Assembly (NCBI RefSeq): GCF_964355755.1
Contig: NC_092670.1
Span: 548,201-612,200 of the forward strand
Origin: Antedon mediterranea
Taxonomy: Eukaryota > Animalia > Echinodermata
DNA length: 64,000 nucleotides
Direction: 5' to 3'
Made by a program: the position numbers and the translations under genes. A model generated the notes under the pieces. It ran no database searches. It had not been told where the DNA came from and saw only the letters and a list, made by a program, of their open reading frames with translations. Positions within the stretch are counted from its first letter, which is position 1, and each line of letters opens with the position of its first letter. Below, one piece after another: positions 10,801 to 23,810 of the stretch.

Positions 10801-13543
10801 CAAACTATTATTACCTTATTAGGTTAATGGCAGCTAAATCCTTAAGAACAACAAAGGTAATTACAATGAGAGTGAACCTCTTACAAATTGCACAATGAAA
10901 ATGAACCATGGTAATCTTAATTTACTGTACTGTGTTTTACATAATTACTTGGAAAGACAATTAGACAACCGGGGTGTTTTCTACAGATGGATACCTAGGT
11001 CTTAAAAACTCAGGGCCAGAAAGTAGAGAAGAAATAATTTGCATTTAAAATGTTTAAACTAAACACATACAAAAGAACGCCGTGGTTAGGATTCCGGCAC
11101 CGGAACTCAACTGCCCACCACACGCTATTGCGCATGTTTAGAGCTCTGGGAAGTGAATAATTATAGCTTGTGCCACACTGCACACCACACTACCACTGCT
11201 GAGGGCTGAGAGTCGGAGTGTTAGGATTTACTGTAGCCTAGTTAGTCGTTGCGCGAGCGAGAGAGCGATGGATTAAACTTGGCCTAGGCCATACATGAAT
11301 TAATAATTAAAATACGAATACGCCAGGCGCCACGCGTTAAAATAATTATTATGATATTAATAATAATTGGTATATCTATCTACCGTAAGAATCGTAATGC
11401 TGTATTTAGCGTTGCGACCCCGACTTCCCGAACAGTTTTTTTCACATCCACGCGGTGGCTGCCGTCAATAAATTAACTTGTGATTGCATGTTATGTACAG
11501 TTATAATGCGTTATATGAAATCTTTTATTTTGTACTTGAAAAATCATAAAACTAGTCAACTCATGTAATTATATAATTCATAATTAGGCCCTATATGAAG
11601 TTTATATATGAATGAAGCAACCACTTTTTAATTACAAAATAAATAGGCCCACTGGTCACGTCTAGCTGGTAGGCCTAGCCAAAGAATATATATCACAAGA
11701 ATGAGTAATCGGCGATTTTCCCTGTAACAGTAATATTGTCCATGTGGTAGGGCGCCGCCATAAGTGTGGATGTATCTGGGATGTATACAACTTTTTGTGA
11801 CGGTTTCAATAATCAAAGGCTAGACCACCGGTAGTATTTTCATGATAAAAAATGTTATCAACTACATGCCAACATCATGTTAAATACTATTTGGATATTT
11901 AATTGTTCGTTTTATGCAATTTATTTAGTAAAAACTGCCGTATAAACAGTTTGCTTTATCAACCGGGCGCTACGATAGCGTGACCGGGCGTGTTGGTGTT
12001 TACGCGTTTTCACGAAGGATTGTTTAATAATATTCCTATATTTAACTTGTTTATGGTAAAACAAATAAATGTTAATAACATTTAACATTTTGTCCTATTA
12101 ATAACATGTATTTTATACTAATTTATATCATAAAAACAATACTTAAATTACCGGGCGTAGAGTAGTACACGGCAATGGTAAAGAATAGGCCGTGCTGAGT
12201 AACGATTCATTGATTTTTGGTGTTGCTGTGTTAGGCCTTTTTTGTGAACTAACTTAGCATGTTAGTAAATAATTGTCTGTAAAAGTGAATGTACACTAGT
12301 TTGTTAATAAATATGTATTATAAAATAGTTTACAATTGCAAAAACTATTATCATAATTCTATTTAATGTGACATGTATAATATCTATTAAATCAAGTCTT
12401 ATTTAGTATGTATACATCCGCCCTTATGAGGGCGGGCATCACTCACTGGAGCTCTCTGTTACAAATTTCTCATGCAAAAATCGCGGAATACTCATTCTTG
12501 TGATATATATTCTTTGGCCCAGCCTAGTATTTACTATTAGTGGATCCCGTTATTAGTCGGCATCTACGCTAGTTCGCCGTGGCGGAGCTATGAAATGATC
12601 CATCGCTGTTGAGTCACCGATTACCGGCGCTCTGGGCATGCGCAATAGCGTGTCGGATTCCCTAACGGTTGGCAGTTGAGTTCCGGTGCCGGAATCCTAA
12701 CCACGGCGAAAGAAATAACATTAAGGTACTGTATGCTAATTACCTGTAACATTAAAGAATGTTTTATTTGTTGCATAAAATAAACTATTCTGTTTATTTG
12801 TTACAGAAACTTCCACAGTACGTTTTTCTGCCTTCAAATATGATTGTGTATAATTTGAAGTTGTTGCGTTTGATGCATCAGTGGAAGGATGTTCATCATA
12901 GTCTGTCCAGATGTAAACATATTCACCAGCTCCTAAATCGTTACCATCATCATCTACCAGTCGAGCAAAGCATGTTACAGTTGATCCAACTAAGCCTGGT
13001 CCATTATTTGTTAAAATTATTGTTGCACGTTCAATAACTGGTGAATGAAATATTAAACAATAAATTTTTCCATATTAATGTATAAATACTGTACTGTACA
13101 TATTTTTTAATATTTTAAAATTTCTAAGAAATACTATCCTGGTATGGTTCTGCTTCACTGTGCACGTTTTGTACCATTTTGTACAATTTGAACCCACTTG
13201 TTGTTTAAAAATAAAATTGTGTGCGCGTAAGAAATTAAAACCAGTTATTTTATTTATGTTACAATAAAAGTATTTATTCATTGCTGATAACACTCGCACT
13301 TCTTGTGATATGGGAGGTCATGGCTTTGAATTAGTTTAGTCACAGTTGACAAATCCTCAATCCTCCTACATGATATGTGCCTAGGCCTAATTAGGCCTAG
13401 CTTAATCAGATTTATGATTCATTGATCTCGATCTTACCTGGGCCTGGTCCTTCAACATTGTCCTTCGCTTCTGCTGTCGACAGGGCTAGGCCTAGGCTTA
13501 GGCCTGATACAAAGACTACGGCACAGTAAATAACAATATTCAT
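4873..13543 (-). CDS. TMEM130: Transmembrane protein 130 (PKD-domain type I membrane protein); exons 13543-13438, 13037-12744, 10066-9876, 9562-9433, 6168-6084, 5798-5596, 5144-4873
   Basis: Exons are bounded by GT-AG. The product has a signal peptide MNIVIYCAVVFVSGLSLGLAL, then LTNNGPGLVGSTVTCFARL..YVYIW, GSLEFSQ..VYDPSGYL..YEW, GSLPAYLC and HCLSVNVANDVS. It ends in a TM helix (IAITVGIVFGVFACFISILLV) and the tail motif VEVANFDF typical of TMEM130. Confidence 0.88.
6641..9068 (-). mobile_element. PIF/Harbinger-type non-autonomous DNA transposon (2.4 kb) in TMEM130 intron
   Basis: TIRs AGGCCGGTGCACACC / GGTGTGCACCGGCCT, extended by CGCGAAGCCGCGAA-like subterminal matches. 3-bp TTA target-site duplication at 6638-6640 and 9069-9071. 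No transposase ORF seen. Confidence 0.9.
8110..8789 (-). pseudogene. Decayed MADF (Myb/SANT-like) plus BESS-like gene inside the Harbinger element
   Basis: YPSCLYDKGSKSYTDRNIRINA*RQ*..CVEECQKK..RVRDQFV is a MADF pattern with W changed to TGA, followed by a GTGAGT donor near 8603. A downstream exon encodes AYIAMELRAIAPQKRGLAIMRLTQV (BESS-like). Confidence 0.75.
9069..9390. repeat. 38-bp minisatellite, about 8.5 copies, with partial copies at 6592-6640 on the other side of the Harbinger insertion
   Basis: AGTACTCTGATGAACACTGATTGTAGTTTAGTAGCTTA in tandem. Confidence 0.95.
10120..10271. repeat. 29-30-bp tandem repeat x5
   Basis: CAACTACCTAAGCCCTAGTATAATATGAG repeated. Confidence 0.95.
10370..10509. 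repeat. 46-bp tandem repeat x3
   Basis: TTATTCATTTGTATAAGTGTTTATTGGCCTAGTTTAAGGTGCTATG repeated. Confidence 0.95.
11078..12708. mobile_element. Non-autonomous TIR DNA transposon, 1631 bp, 38-bp perfect TIR, 6-bp TSD (AAAGAA); superfamily unassigned
   Basis: CGCCGTGGTTAGGATTCCGGCACCGGAACTCAACTGCC at the left end and its exact reverse complement at the right end. Second inverted block ACACGCTATTGCGCATG. AAAGAA flanks both sides (11072-11077, 12709-12714). Confidence 0.9.
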
Positions 13544-14043
13544 GACTTACTGCTGAACATTAAAAGTAACACTAACCATTTGCGAATGTTCAATTTAGTT
13601 TTACATTATTTAAGCGATTTCTTTCAACTGAAAAAGTTTTGTTTTGTTTTCGCTTTTGTCGCGCGAGTTTGGAGATCGATCACAAGTTTTGTAAAATATG
13701 GAACGCCAAAACAGCATTTTGAAATACTACACTACCTGTTCAGTAAAACTTTTGCTAGAGAGTACAGTATTAGATCCTGTTCCGAATGTGAGCACTGTTT
13801 CAATAATTTGACACTACAGTATGATTTGTATTACAGTATACACACTACAATAGGCTAAGCCATATATTTAACTGCAATTTGGGATTGTGTAGATTTGAAT
13901 TTATTTATTAAATTACAAAGTCACTACATTTACTTAATTTATTCCGGCAGAAAAAAATGAAATGAATATCACACAATATATAAATTGTACTCAAAATATA
14001 AGATATATTTTTATTGATTTAATAGCAAGCATTTTAAGTAACA

Positions 14044-14143
14044 ACGAACACAAGGCCAAAGCCGAACACAAGGCCAAAGCCGAACACAAGGCCAAAGCCA
14101 ACACAAGGCCAAAGCCGAACATGGCCGAACACAAGGCCAAAGC
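14044..14143. repeat. 18-bp tandem repeat in CHTF18 3' UTR
   Basis: CGAACACAAGGCCAAAGC about 5 copies. Confidence 0.9.
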
Positions 14144-14167
14144 CTGCCGTCTCAACCAGCCATCTGT

Positions 14168-17100
14168 TCATAGTAATTCTTGAATATAAATATTTTTCCT
14201 AATAGCATTTGTAAATCCTTCATTGAATTTATACCATAGACTACTGCTAGACTTGTTGGTTACACTGCCCCCAGTTGTCGCGTCAGCTGTGGAATACATT
14301 ATATAAAATGAATAAACTGATATTTTAAGACCAGTTCTTAAAATAGTTACAGCCAATACAAAATTGATTTCATAATTGGAAAGATGTTATAAAATATATA
14401 ACAGAGAATTAATTTAATAAAATTTAAAAAAAACACCAAAATATTTCTTACTGCTTAGAACCTTCTTGGTGATCACTCGTCCAAAAAAGTCAGTTGCGGG
14501 CTAACAAAAACAAACATTATTATTTATTTCAGTGTTGCTGGCCAGTTTAATAAATATCAATATTTATTTCAGCATTGCTGGACAGTTTAATAAAATATCA
14601 TATAATAAAAATATATGTGCATAATTAAAAATTACATTTTTAAAATAAAATTTATTCTGTCTCCAATAAAATATCTCCTTTCAAAATGTGTTAATCATTG
14701 TCCTAATAGTGTCAATAGCATAACACTCATAGGACATGATTCTCTGTAATAAGTTGTCCTGGACATAATTTGAACCTAGGTCCATGGTGTTGATGAGAAC
14801 CTTAAATTTACAACATTTAATTGTCATTATTTTTTCCCTTCATGTGTTTTATATTGTTCCAAGTTATATAATACATATATTAATTTCTATCAATGGTCAA
14901 CAATACAAAAACAAATGGTAAAATGTAATGAAACAATACAATATTATTAATAGAGAATCTTGCAAGAAGAAAATGTCTTGTCACGCAAGACCAATAAATG
15001 AAAAGAAAAAATGCATATATTTACCTTGTCTTCTTCCTCTACCAATTTCTTTGGTTGCAGTTTTTTCAGATGTCTTGGAACAACTGGCTTCTTCTTTGTA
15101 GCTGCTTGTTTTTCTTTTTCTGCAGGTTTTCTACAAATGACACACACATGCATTATACTGTACATACTAATACATTTATTGATAACAAAAATAATATTTT
15201 TAGTATAGAAACTTAAAATACACAATTGTTCACACTTACTTGATGGGTATTACTTCTTCAGTCCTTCTAAGCTTCTCAACTTCAATCTATTTTACAAACA
15301 AGAAATGGCAAATATTCATGAATTTCTGATGAGTTACCGGTGAGACATGATGTAATATGTATGTTTTTATATAGATAAGTTTTGGAAACTGACCTCTCTG
15401 GCAATCATTTGCTTAGCAGCATATGTCATTTGTTTGACAGGGGGCATCCCAGAAAACCGTACCAACTCCTCAAGATTACTGAAAGAAAACAACAGTCAAA
15501 TCTAAACATCTTTTATTATTACTTGACCATTTGCAGAATATTCATCAAAATGAATATGAAGTACATGAGCCTGTTTCATCAGTTCCAAGGAATCCATACA
15601 AGGCACTAATACAGGATTGAACCTGGGTATTGCTATGCACAAACCAAGTACATGACCCTGTTCCATCACTTCCAAGGAATCCATACAAGGCACTAATACA
15701 AGATTGAACCTGGGTATTGCTATGCACAAACCAAGTACATGAGCCTGTTCCATCACTTCCAAGGAATCCATACAATGCATTAATACAGGATTGAACCTGG
15801 GTATTGCTATGCACAAACCAAGTACATGACCCTGTTCCATCACTTCCAAGGAATCCATACAAGATTGAACCTGGGTATTGCTATGCACAAACCAAGTACA
15901 TGACCCTGTTCCATCACTTCCAAGGAATCCATACAAGGCACTAATACAAGATTAAAACTGGGTATTGCTATGCACAAACCAAGTACCAAGCGAACGTGCC
16001 ATGCCATACAGGATGTAAACAATTTAAGTTAAGACTACAGATCTGTCTACACTATCAAACTATATGTGACAACAAAATGTGATGTGCCCATATATGGACA
16101 TGATGATGAGTACCTAATATTTGTGTGACTGTATTTTTATCAATCAATCAATATAAAACAGAACAGTAGTCACTCAAATAAAATTACTTCTTTATTGATG
16201 ACAGAGAATTGAAGTTAAACTTACGGATCTAGGACATAATTGTATTGACCTTCTGGACTTCGTTCCTGTTGGTAGGTCAAGTTGTACGCTATCATAGAAC
16301 TTACTAGCGACGACATCTGATGCTTTTCCAAAGAGTTAAAAAGCTGCGGATTTATCTAAAGACAAAAATAATAAGAAACTACCCAATATGCCAATAAATA
16401 AATAACTGTTGATTGTTACTTTGTAGCTCCTCTACAATATATTTGTTTTGTTTTAATTTATTTTAATTCGAGCAGACATGACTTTCTGAAAGGACCAGTA
16501 AATAAATAAATACTTTTACTAGTGGTTTGAATTAAAAATGAACCTGAACCTGTCTATGGATATATTTAACAATACCAGAAATAATGCTCATTAAAACTTG
16601 ATGAAGCAATTTTCAGTTTCAAAAATAAAATTACTTACTGGTCGGAATGATGGTTGAATGATCGTGAGTAGCGGTGGTAAAACCTGCATAATAGCGACCT
16701 CGTTGTTCAAGTTGCGTTTAATGTATGGGGTCACTTCACTACATAGGCTTGTGAGTATGTTGGTAACTTTAGATATTTTCTGCATATTCTGAAATAATAA
16801 GATACTCTACTGTTAAAGTCACTCTATAAAATGATAAGAAGTACAATCGTCTACAGAAAACTAAGAGAGAGGTTGATTGATTTACTAGTGGTTCTAAACT
16901 GGTGGCATTAGGTCACCTGACCATTTTATTTGCTTATTTATGAAAGGAGAGGCCAGATTGTCAAATAGCCGTTAAGACTAGCGGCTAAATAATCTTAAAC
17001 TACTCAGAAAGAAAAAATTTAATTCACTTAAGTTGTTTAAAGTATTGCTTTACAATTGATGATTCTAATTCTTTAAATTCACGAAACAGAATACAACAGT

Positions 17101-20100
17101 AAAAATCACAGTCTTAACAAAACCTAAACTACTTGTATAATTACCTCAAATTGTGCTGAAGGATAATGAATTTTATTTTGGCCATTTGATGCGAACATCA
17201 TGTGGAAGACTACAGGAACATATGGTAGATATCGCATTAATATGTACGTTTGTGAGTGTAGTATTTGACGATTTAATGTATCATGAAAAACCAGCCAATC
17301 ACACGCAAGGTTAACCTGTTAAAAAAACAACCAAAGTACCTTCAAGTCACATTTTGTTTATAAAAACCCAAATTATATTCAAAAGTAAAAGCTACTTGAT
17401 ATTTGGTGGATATTGTTAAATGAATAAACAAGGCTCAAAACAAAACAAGTTCTTTATAAATCTAAGAGCTGCATAGGCAGGGTAGAATCAAAATCAAGTT
17501 AAAACTGCTTTATTATTTATTAAAACGACATGTTTCGGGCATAGCCCATCATCAGGTGAAGAGAATTGTAATAAAGAATAACATTATCAGTCACAAATAT
17601 ACATAATAAAACAAATCAGAGAATCAAAGATGTTAACAAACAAAAGGCATAGTTATAAAAACAAGCCTCCAATAAATAGTTGAATACATACCGCATCAAG
17701 ATGTGAATCTTTAAACTTCACTTGTAAATAGTTCTCAAAAATACCTGAAAAAAAATGATGAAAAGGATGATTTATGCCTATGGCATGAACCACAGTAAAC
17801 TACTAGTCTACAAAAAAAATAAATCTGATAAAAAGGGCTGATTTCTGTACCTGATAATAACTTGTCATAGTCTCCATTTCCAGTCACAGCTTGTAACATG
17901 TTATTAAACCTAGATGAAGGTGAGGCTGGATTGAAGTCTATCGGTTCTTCTGTATCTATTGTGGCACCCTTTTTCCCTGCATCATGAGGATTTACATAAC
18001 GTTTTCTAAACAAAAACAAGTTAAATATAAATATGTAGCAAACTATTTGGTAAAATACTGTATTTATGAAACAAATTCTTGTATTATCTCCTGTTGTGAA
18101 GTTGTGGTATTGAAAATTCACTGAAAGTTTTCATAGCGTAGATATTACATAAACCGTTAACCTGTCTACACTACCAAATTAGTTACAAATAAGATGTGAT
18201 GTGCCCAAATATGGTAAAGATATGACATCTTCATGTCCATATATGGGCACATCACATTGTTTTTGTCACATAAAGTTTGATAGTGTAGACAGAGTTTTAA
18301 AAGCAAACCAACCTCTGTGGTCTAGGCATTGAGAATGTGTCTTTCCAAAGTGTGAATAAGCCCTTATTTTGGTCCTTCTGTCCGATACTCATTGAGCTCA
18401 CCATACTTAGACTTAAATTGTTACCTTGACTTTGTATAAACTATGAATAAATAGAATATACACACATTTATAATTGCATGCATAATTGGTTGGCGAGTGA
18501 TTATTCCACCCAGTGTCCAGGTTATTTCAACTATACATTTGCAAACATCCTACTTGGTTTGAAACATACACACTTGATACAATTATACATTGTCTAAATT
18601 ACAGATAAGATTCTTCTTACTGTCCAATACTTAAAAACGAAAACTTTGATGATAGGGAACATATCACTTAATGACATTATAATTTAAATATTAACATGGT
18701 AACGCACCCGCAGTCACTTTATAAAGAAATGCAACCAACCTGTAAAGTGTTGAGACAGGAGCGGATATCGTTGCTAGTTTTCTGACAAAGTGTCATTAGT
18801 GTTGTCATGTCCGTTTTCAAAGCATTATTTGTTGATATCTGATAACAATTATTATTATAATAATTAGCATAATACAAAGCTTATTTTTACTGAATTTACA
18901 CAGAACTACAAGGCCATCCAATAAACAGGTATACCTGCTTGGCCGTACTTAACAGTAGAAAAAAGATCAATGATTTAAAACAATTTTGAAGACATAAACA
19001 TAAAACAAACCTGCATGAGACGTGATGCTAAACGAGATGATATCGTTGGAGGAAAATGCGATACAAAGGCCATTTGCCTAAGTGGTCTGAGAGCTGGAAC
19101 ATACCTACATACAAATAAATTTGTATTCAAAACAACAATGCATTTAGTTAGAATATATTAGTATTGTATTTATCATTTCTTTACAATGCAAACTATAAGA
19201 TAGTTGTATTAACTTACAAATCATTACATATACAGATGACAGGTCGCAGCAGGATTGATCTACCTTTCTTTTTCTTCTTCCCAGATTCTGGTCCTTTTAT
19301 ATACTCTATAAGAGCATTTATTGTAGGCTGGGGGAAATTTACAAATTATTAATATACTGTACACTCAAGATGTATGGAAGAAATGAAATGGTATTATATA
19401 TTATTGTTAAGATGGTATAAATAAAAAACTTAATTTGTTCTATTCTTTAATATCTAGAGAATCTGAGCCACAGAAATGTATGTAGTCAAGATACCCATCT
19501 TTAAATTTGTATGTAACCATGTACAACTATTTTCTTATTGAATATTTTGCTTCTAATAATTATTTATCACTAGACAAGATCTCAAAAAACTTTAAAAAAT
19601 ATATCCATAATTAGTCTGTTTTGGTACCCAAAAAATAATCATCATGAAGACCATTTGGTACCCCACACCACCACCAAATACAGTTAAGGTTTTGTTCCCT
19701 AAGAAGCACACTAAGAACTTACAGCAGGTGCGCCATCTATCTCATCAATTATCATACAATTCGGTCTGTTATCTTGACTCAACACAGCCTGCATCTGGGT
19801 CGCAGATTCTAACTTTCGCATAAAAACATCTTGACTGCGATCATCACTAAAGAAAAAAAATGCATGACCAACTAAAGTGATTTAAATCTATCGAACTAAC
19901 CCCCGTGTACTAGTTCATACAGCCACTGTTGTGGACAGAAGAGAGAGTGCTGTAAGTGGCTGCAGGACATGACGAGACCCTCAGGGGAGAAGCATGTTAT
20001 TGAAAGTGTAACATCTAGTCCACAGCGCCTTGAACACTTTAGTGGATATTTGCGCTTTACAAATTTTATATATTATTATTAACTTAAACATTAAGAAAAA

Positions 20101-23100
20101 AATTGGTGTAAAAGATCTCTTAAGAGGGTGGGGCTTAAACCAGAGTTTGCACAGTGATAAAACAATATACACGCAAGTTAATGAATTGTTGGGTAGGATA
20201 GTACCAATACAAAAGCATAATTTATTAATGCCCATCCACAACATTATACATACCTGGCATTCATCTCTATTACATTGTAGCCAGCATGCTTGGCTATCAC
20301 ATGTGCCAGAGTTGTCTTGCCAAGACCGGGAGGACCACATAACAGTGCCACTTTTAGTTCTGGTCTATTGTGGTCATCAAGTTTTTGCTACATATATAAA
20401 AGTGTAAGTTCATAAGCCATACATTCATTTCTTTTTTTTTAAATAACATTTAACATTGCGTTTTTTGTAACTGTTTAGTATGATCAGGTTGTTCCTGTAA
20501 TTGAGTTAGGGTTAATATACATTTAATTTGATTTATTTCGATACTATATACGAACAAAAAAAGATAAAAACAAAACCAAAAAAAAGCAATCATTTTGTAT
20601 GGTACCTGGGATAAATATCTTTACTTGTTTACTTACTTAATACTGCAATTACATTCATTATTATACTTTTTTAATTTAAATAAATATTTTGATAGCAATT
20701 AATATTAATTACCTCATTCAGTATTTCTTCAGGCGTTGCTTTAAACGTATTCTGTTTGAAATTATTCTGTTTAAAGTTGTTAAAGCCTTTTTGATTTCTT
20801 TTTTCCTGTTTTTCTTTGTCTCGTTTCACTCTTTCTCTTTTGAACACGCACGTATCCCAAAGTTTTAGCCAGAATAGAATATTCCGATTCACACCCTGAA
20901 ATTAAAGTTACCTCTTATGTGACAAGTGATGTGGAAAATTTTCTAAATTTTTAACGTCATAAGGTGTGGGGGAGATTAATTAGAAACATGTATTTTGAGT
21001 GTGTGTGTTTTCAACATAATAAATAAACTTATTAATATCTTTCAAGTAGTATAAATTGTATAAAAGAAAATAATTATAGAGCATCATATAATTGAAAAAT
21101 AATATTTTATAAAATAAATGTGATTAAAACATACATCATCACTTAGAAGATCTGTGTAATGTCTCGGAGAATATTTATCTACCCAGAGTGCACTCTGTTT
21201 CTTGTTTGTCTCATTTTCTGTGTTGTCTCCTCTCAAAGCGCTACAAAATTATACAAACATAAACTATATTAGTAAGTGGTTGTTAAATCATAAAAAATGT
21301 ATACAACTTATACAGACTACTCAATTTTGAATGCTTGTTACGAAATACAATCAAAATAAGGTTGTAAATCCGATTACATACCTGACAGCACTACATGTTA
21401 CATTTTCATCTAACATCAACCGTTTTTGTCGCTGAAAGAAAACATAATAAAATACAATGAGGAGTTGACAAAAGTAAATTAGTATATAAAAAACAAACAT
21501 TTTCTCAGAGGCAATAAGATAAGAATACGATACACTATTTAAACTGATTAATAAGATAAGAATACGATACACTATTTAAACTGATTAATTATGAAAGTTG
21601 AATTTTACTAATATACGTATGTACTTATTACCTCTTCTTCAGCTTGTTCCCTTAGTTCAGCAATTGTAGAATTCAGAAGACGAGTTTTATTCAACTTTGA
21701 AAGGCAAGAAGGCTTTTCTGACTGAAATCAAGTTGAATACAAAATATTCACATTCTCAATCGAATACTGTAATCAATAATATTCTGATCTATAACATTAA
21801 TTTGAAACACAAGTAACAGTAAACCCATAACTATACTCTTAAAATAAAAACCTGTTTTGTGATTTTTTAAACATATTTATTTTTATTATTCAATTGATTA
21901 AAAACTTACTTTTTTCTCAATTTTCCTCAAATACACACGCTGACCATCATCCCCAGTCACGCTTATGAACTCGCCCATCGGTTGCCTACGTAACACGACC
22001 TCACTTCCCTTGACCTTCAGGGTCAACTTCCTTCTGACGCCTCTGACAGCTGGCTTTTCGTTATTACTAGTGCGCAGTTGATTCACTCGCATCATTATTT
22101 TCTCGTCCTCTGTTGGCGAGGCTGGAGGTGTTACTTCAAAATCATCAACATACTTCTTGCTTTTCAGGTTGGTTACATCATCATCATCTTTCCTTATTTT
22201 CTTTCTCTTTGGTGCTGAAATAAAGACATCAAATTAATATTATGATCTGATATTATCACGTAAAAAGTATAAAAAAAAACCCTAAAACCATTTTTCTTCT
22301 AATCTATTGGTTACAACATTTGAATAAACAAAAATTCTTTTTGAATCTTTTCTCAGTATTATTTTTATCGCATAATGTACATTTTTTGTCTTTGTATTTT
22401 TACTGTTTTAGCAAGTTTTAAAGACTTTTTATGCATGTTTTTAAACTTAAACTATTTTCTAAAAACAGGAACATATGTAAAATAGATGCTACATCTATAC
22501 CTGACATGTTTTTATGTAAAATAGGTGCTACATCTATACCGGACATGTTTTTATGTAAAATAGGTGCTACATCTATACCTGACATGTTTTTATGTAAAAT
22601 AGGTGCTACATCTATACCTGACATGTTTTTATCCCGTATGAATATGGTTTAAATAAAAATCTGTTGAATAATTTAATTAACAAAACCGGACTTACATAGA
22701 CGTAGTTGTTCATCGATAACAAGTTCTTCTTCGCTGTCTGATAACGTTGCGAATAGTTCATCTAACTCTCGTTCACGCTTCTTTGTTTTGTTGTCAAAAT
22801 CTGACAAAAAGCTTGCCTTTTTTTGTGTTTCTTCAGATGTAAAACATTCATTCTGCTTTGTGATTGGTTCTTTCCTAACTGGTTCAAAGTCTATGAAAGT
22901 ATATAAAATCATGAATGATTGAGATTAAATAATATCGTGACTCGGCCTTAGTATAGGTAGGCCTAGACTCCTAGTAAGTATATTTTTTAATACAAACTTA
23001 TTTCAACTTTTTCTTTATCTAGAGAGAAACCCTTCAATTCAAGCTTTGAACCCACAGGCCCACAGCTGATATCCAGGGGCCCTCTTAAAAATGACAAAAT

Positions 23101-23569
23101 ATACAAAACTATAAATAGATATAGGCCCCCTACTTAAATTAAAAAGTACAATAATACAATACATTTTTAACAAATTAGTTTATGATAAAATATGAATCTT
23201 CATATTCACAATTCTTTTTTGAATTTGAAAAACTTATTAAATACCTAAAGTATTTTGTTACAGAAAAAGCAGGCTTGACCTAGCCTAGGCCTCGACTTTA
23301 GCTGGCCTCCCACTGCCTCCCCCACACTGTAAACCCGGAAGACCATTATGATTTATTGGTATGCCGGCCTGGTGTGGTGGTACTCGGTCGTAGGCTATAT
23401 AAACTAGACAAGCTAGGCCTAATAATAGGACGTACTCTAGAATTACTATTAAATTATTATGCTAGGAAAATGTTAATTAACTATAACCTTCTTCAATATC
23501 TCTTAGTGCATCAAATTCGTCTGCAAATTGAGATTCAAAATCGTCAATAATGTCATCTGGAGGTTCCAT
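14168..23569 (-). CDS. CHTF18: Chromosome transmission fidelity protein 18 (RFC-like clamp-loader AAA+ ATPase), about 20 exons
   Basis: Start MEPPDDIIDDFESQFADEFDAL (23569-23488); LWVDKYSPRHYTDLLSDD; Walker A LCGPPGLGKTTLAHVIAKHAGY (about 20255-20388); Walker B CMIIDEIDG; RPVICICNDLYVPALRPLR; NDIRSCLNTLQ; C-terminal WYKFNEGFTNAIRKNIYIQELL* (Dcc1-Ctf8-binding tail). Confidence 0.96.
15559..15987. repeat. 87-bp tandem repeat, about 5 copies (one internally deleted), CHTF18 intron
   Basis: AAGTACATGACCCTGTTCCATCACTTCCAAGGAATCC...GCACAAACC with period 87. Confidence 0.95.
17522..17562 (-). ncRNA. Minimal hammerhead ribozyme motif (Penelope-like element remnant) in CHTF18 intron
   Basis: Minus strand reads CUGAUGA U GGGC UAU GCCC GAAA CAUG UC, with the palindromic short stem III typical of PLE hammerheads. 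Stem I is weak. Confidence 0.7.
18160..18297. mobile_element. MITE family A (about 130 bp, TIR AGCTCTGTCTACACTATCAAA, Harbinger/Tourist-like); other copies at 16040-16110 (partial), 27128-27252, 52139-52281, 52697-52826, 55653-55780, 61049-61204
   Basis: Shared body TGTGATGTGCCCA..ATATGGACATGATGATG..TTTGGGCACATCACA and inverted termini, mostly flanked by TWA-like trinucleotides. Confidence 0.85.
19898..20080 (+). mobile_element. 5'-truncated Deu-domain-related SINE with L2-like tail
   Basis: CCCCCGTGTACTAGTTCATACAGCCACTGT matches the SINE body at about 36860-36900 (rc). 3' tail AGCGCCTTGA..GCGCTTTACAAAT..(ATT)n. Confidence 0.6.
22477..22631. repeat. 39-bp tandem repeat x4
   Basis: ATGTAAAATAGGTGCTACATCTATACCTGACATGTTTTT repeated. 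Confidence 0.95.
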
Positions 23570-23591
23570 GTTTTTGTTTTTTTTTTGTCAG

Positions 23592-23602
23592 TTTCGCGGG
23601 AA
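23592..23602. promoter_or_regulatory. E2F-like site upstream of CHTF18 ATG
   Basis: TTTCGCGGGAA, about 23 bp upstream of the start codon of a DNA-replication gene. Confidence 0.55.
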
Positions 23603-23810
23603 TAAAAGGTTGCCAGATAATTTCCAATTCAATTTAATTTTCAAGTTATACTTTCTGTTAGTTTTACATTTTCTTAAACTTTTCTCCAATTATGATGAAT
23701 GAAATGAAACATAATATAGCAGGTATTATTCGTGCATACTGTATCTTTATTAAAAAGGCATTAAAATGAAAGATTAGGGACTTTTAAACAGTATTTTAAG
23801 ATTGATTCAG

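Noticed and set aside
15502-16022. Overlapping 60-144-aa ORFs
   Set aside because: Translations of the 87-bp intronic repeat; the flanking CHTF18 exons have their own GT-AG boundaries and do not need them.
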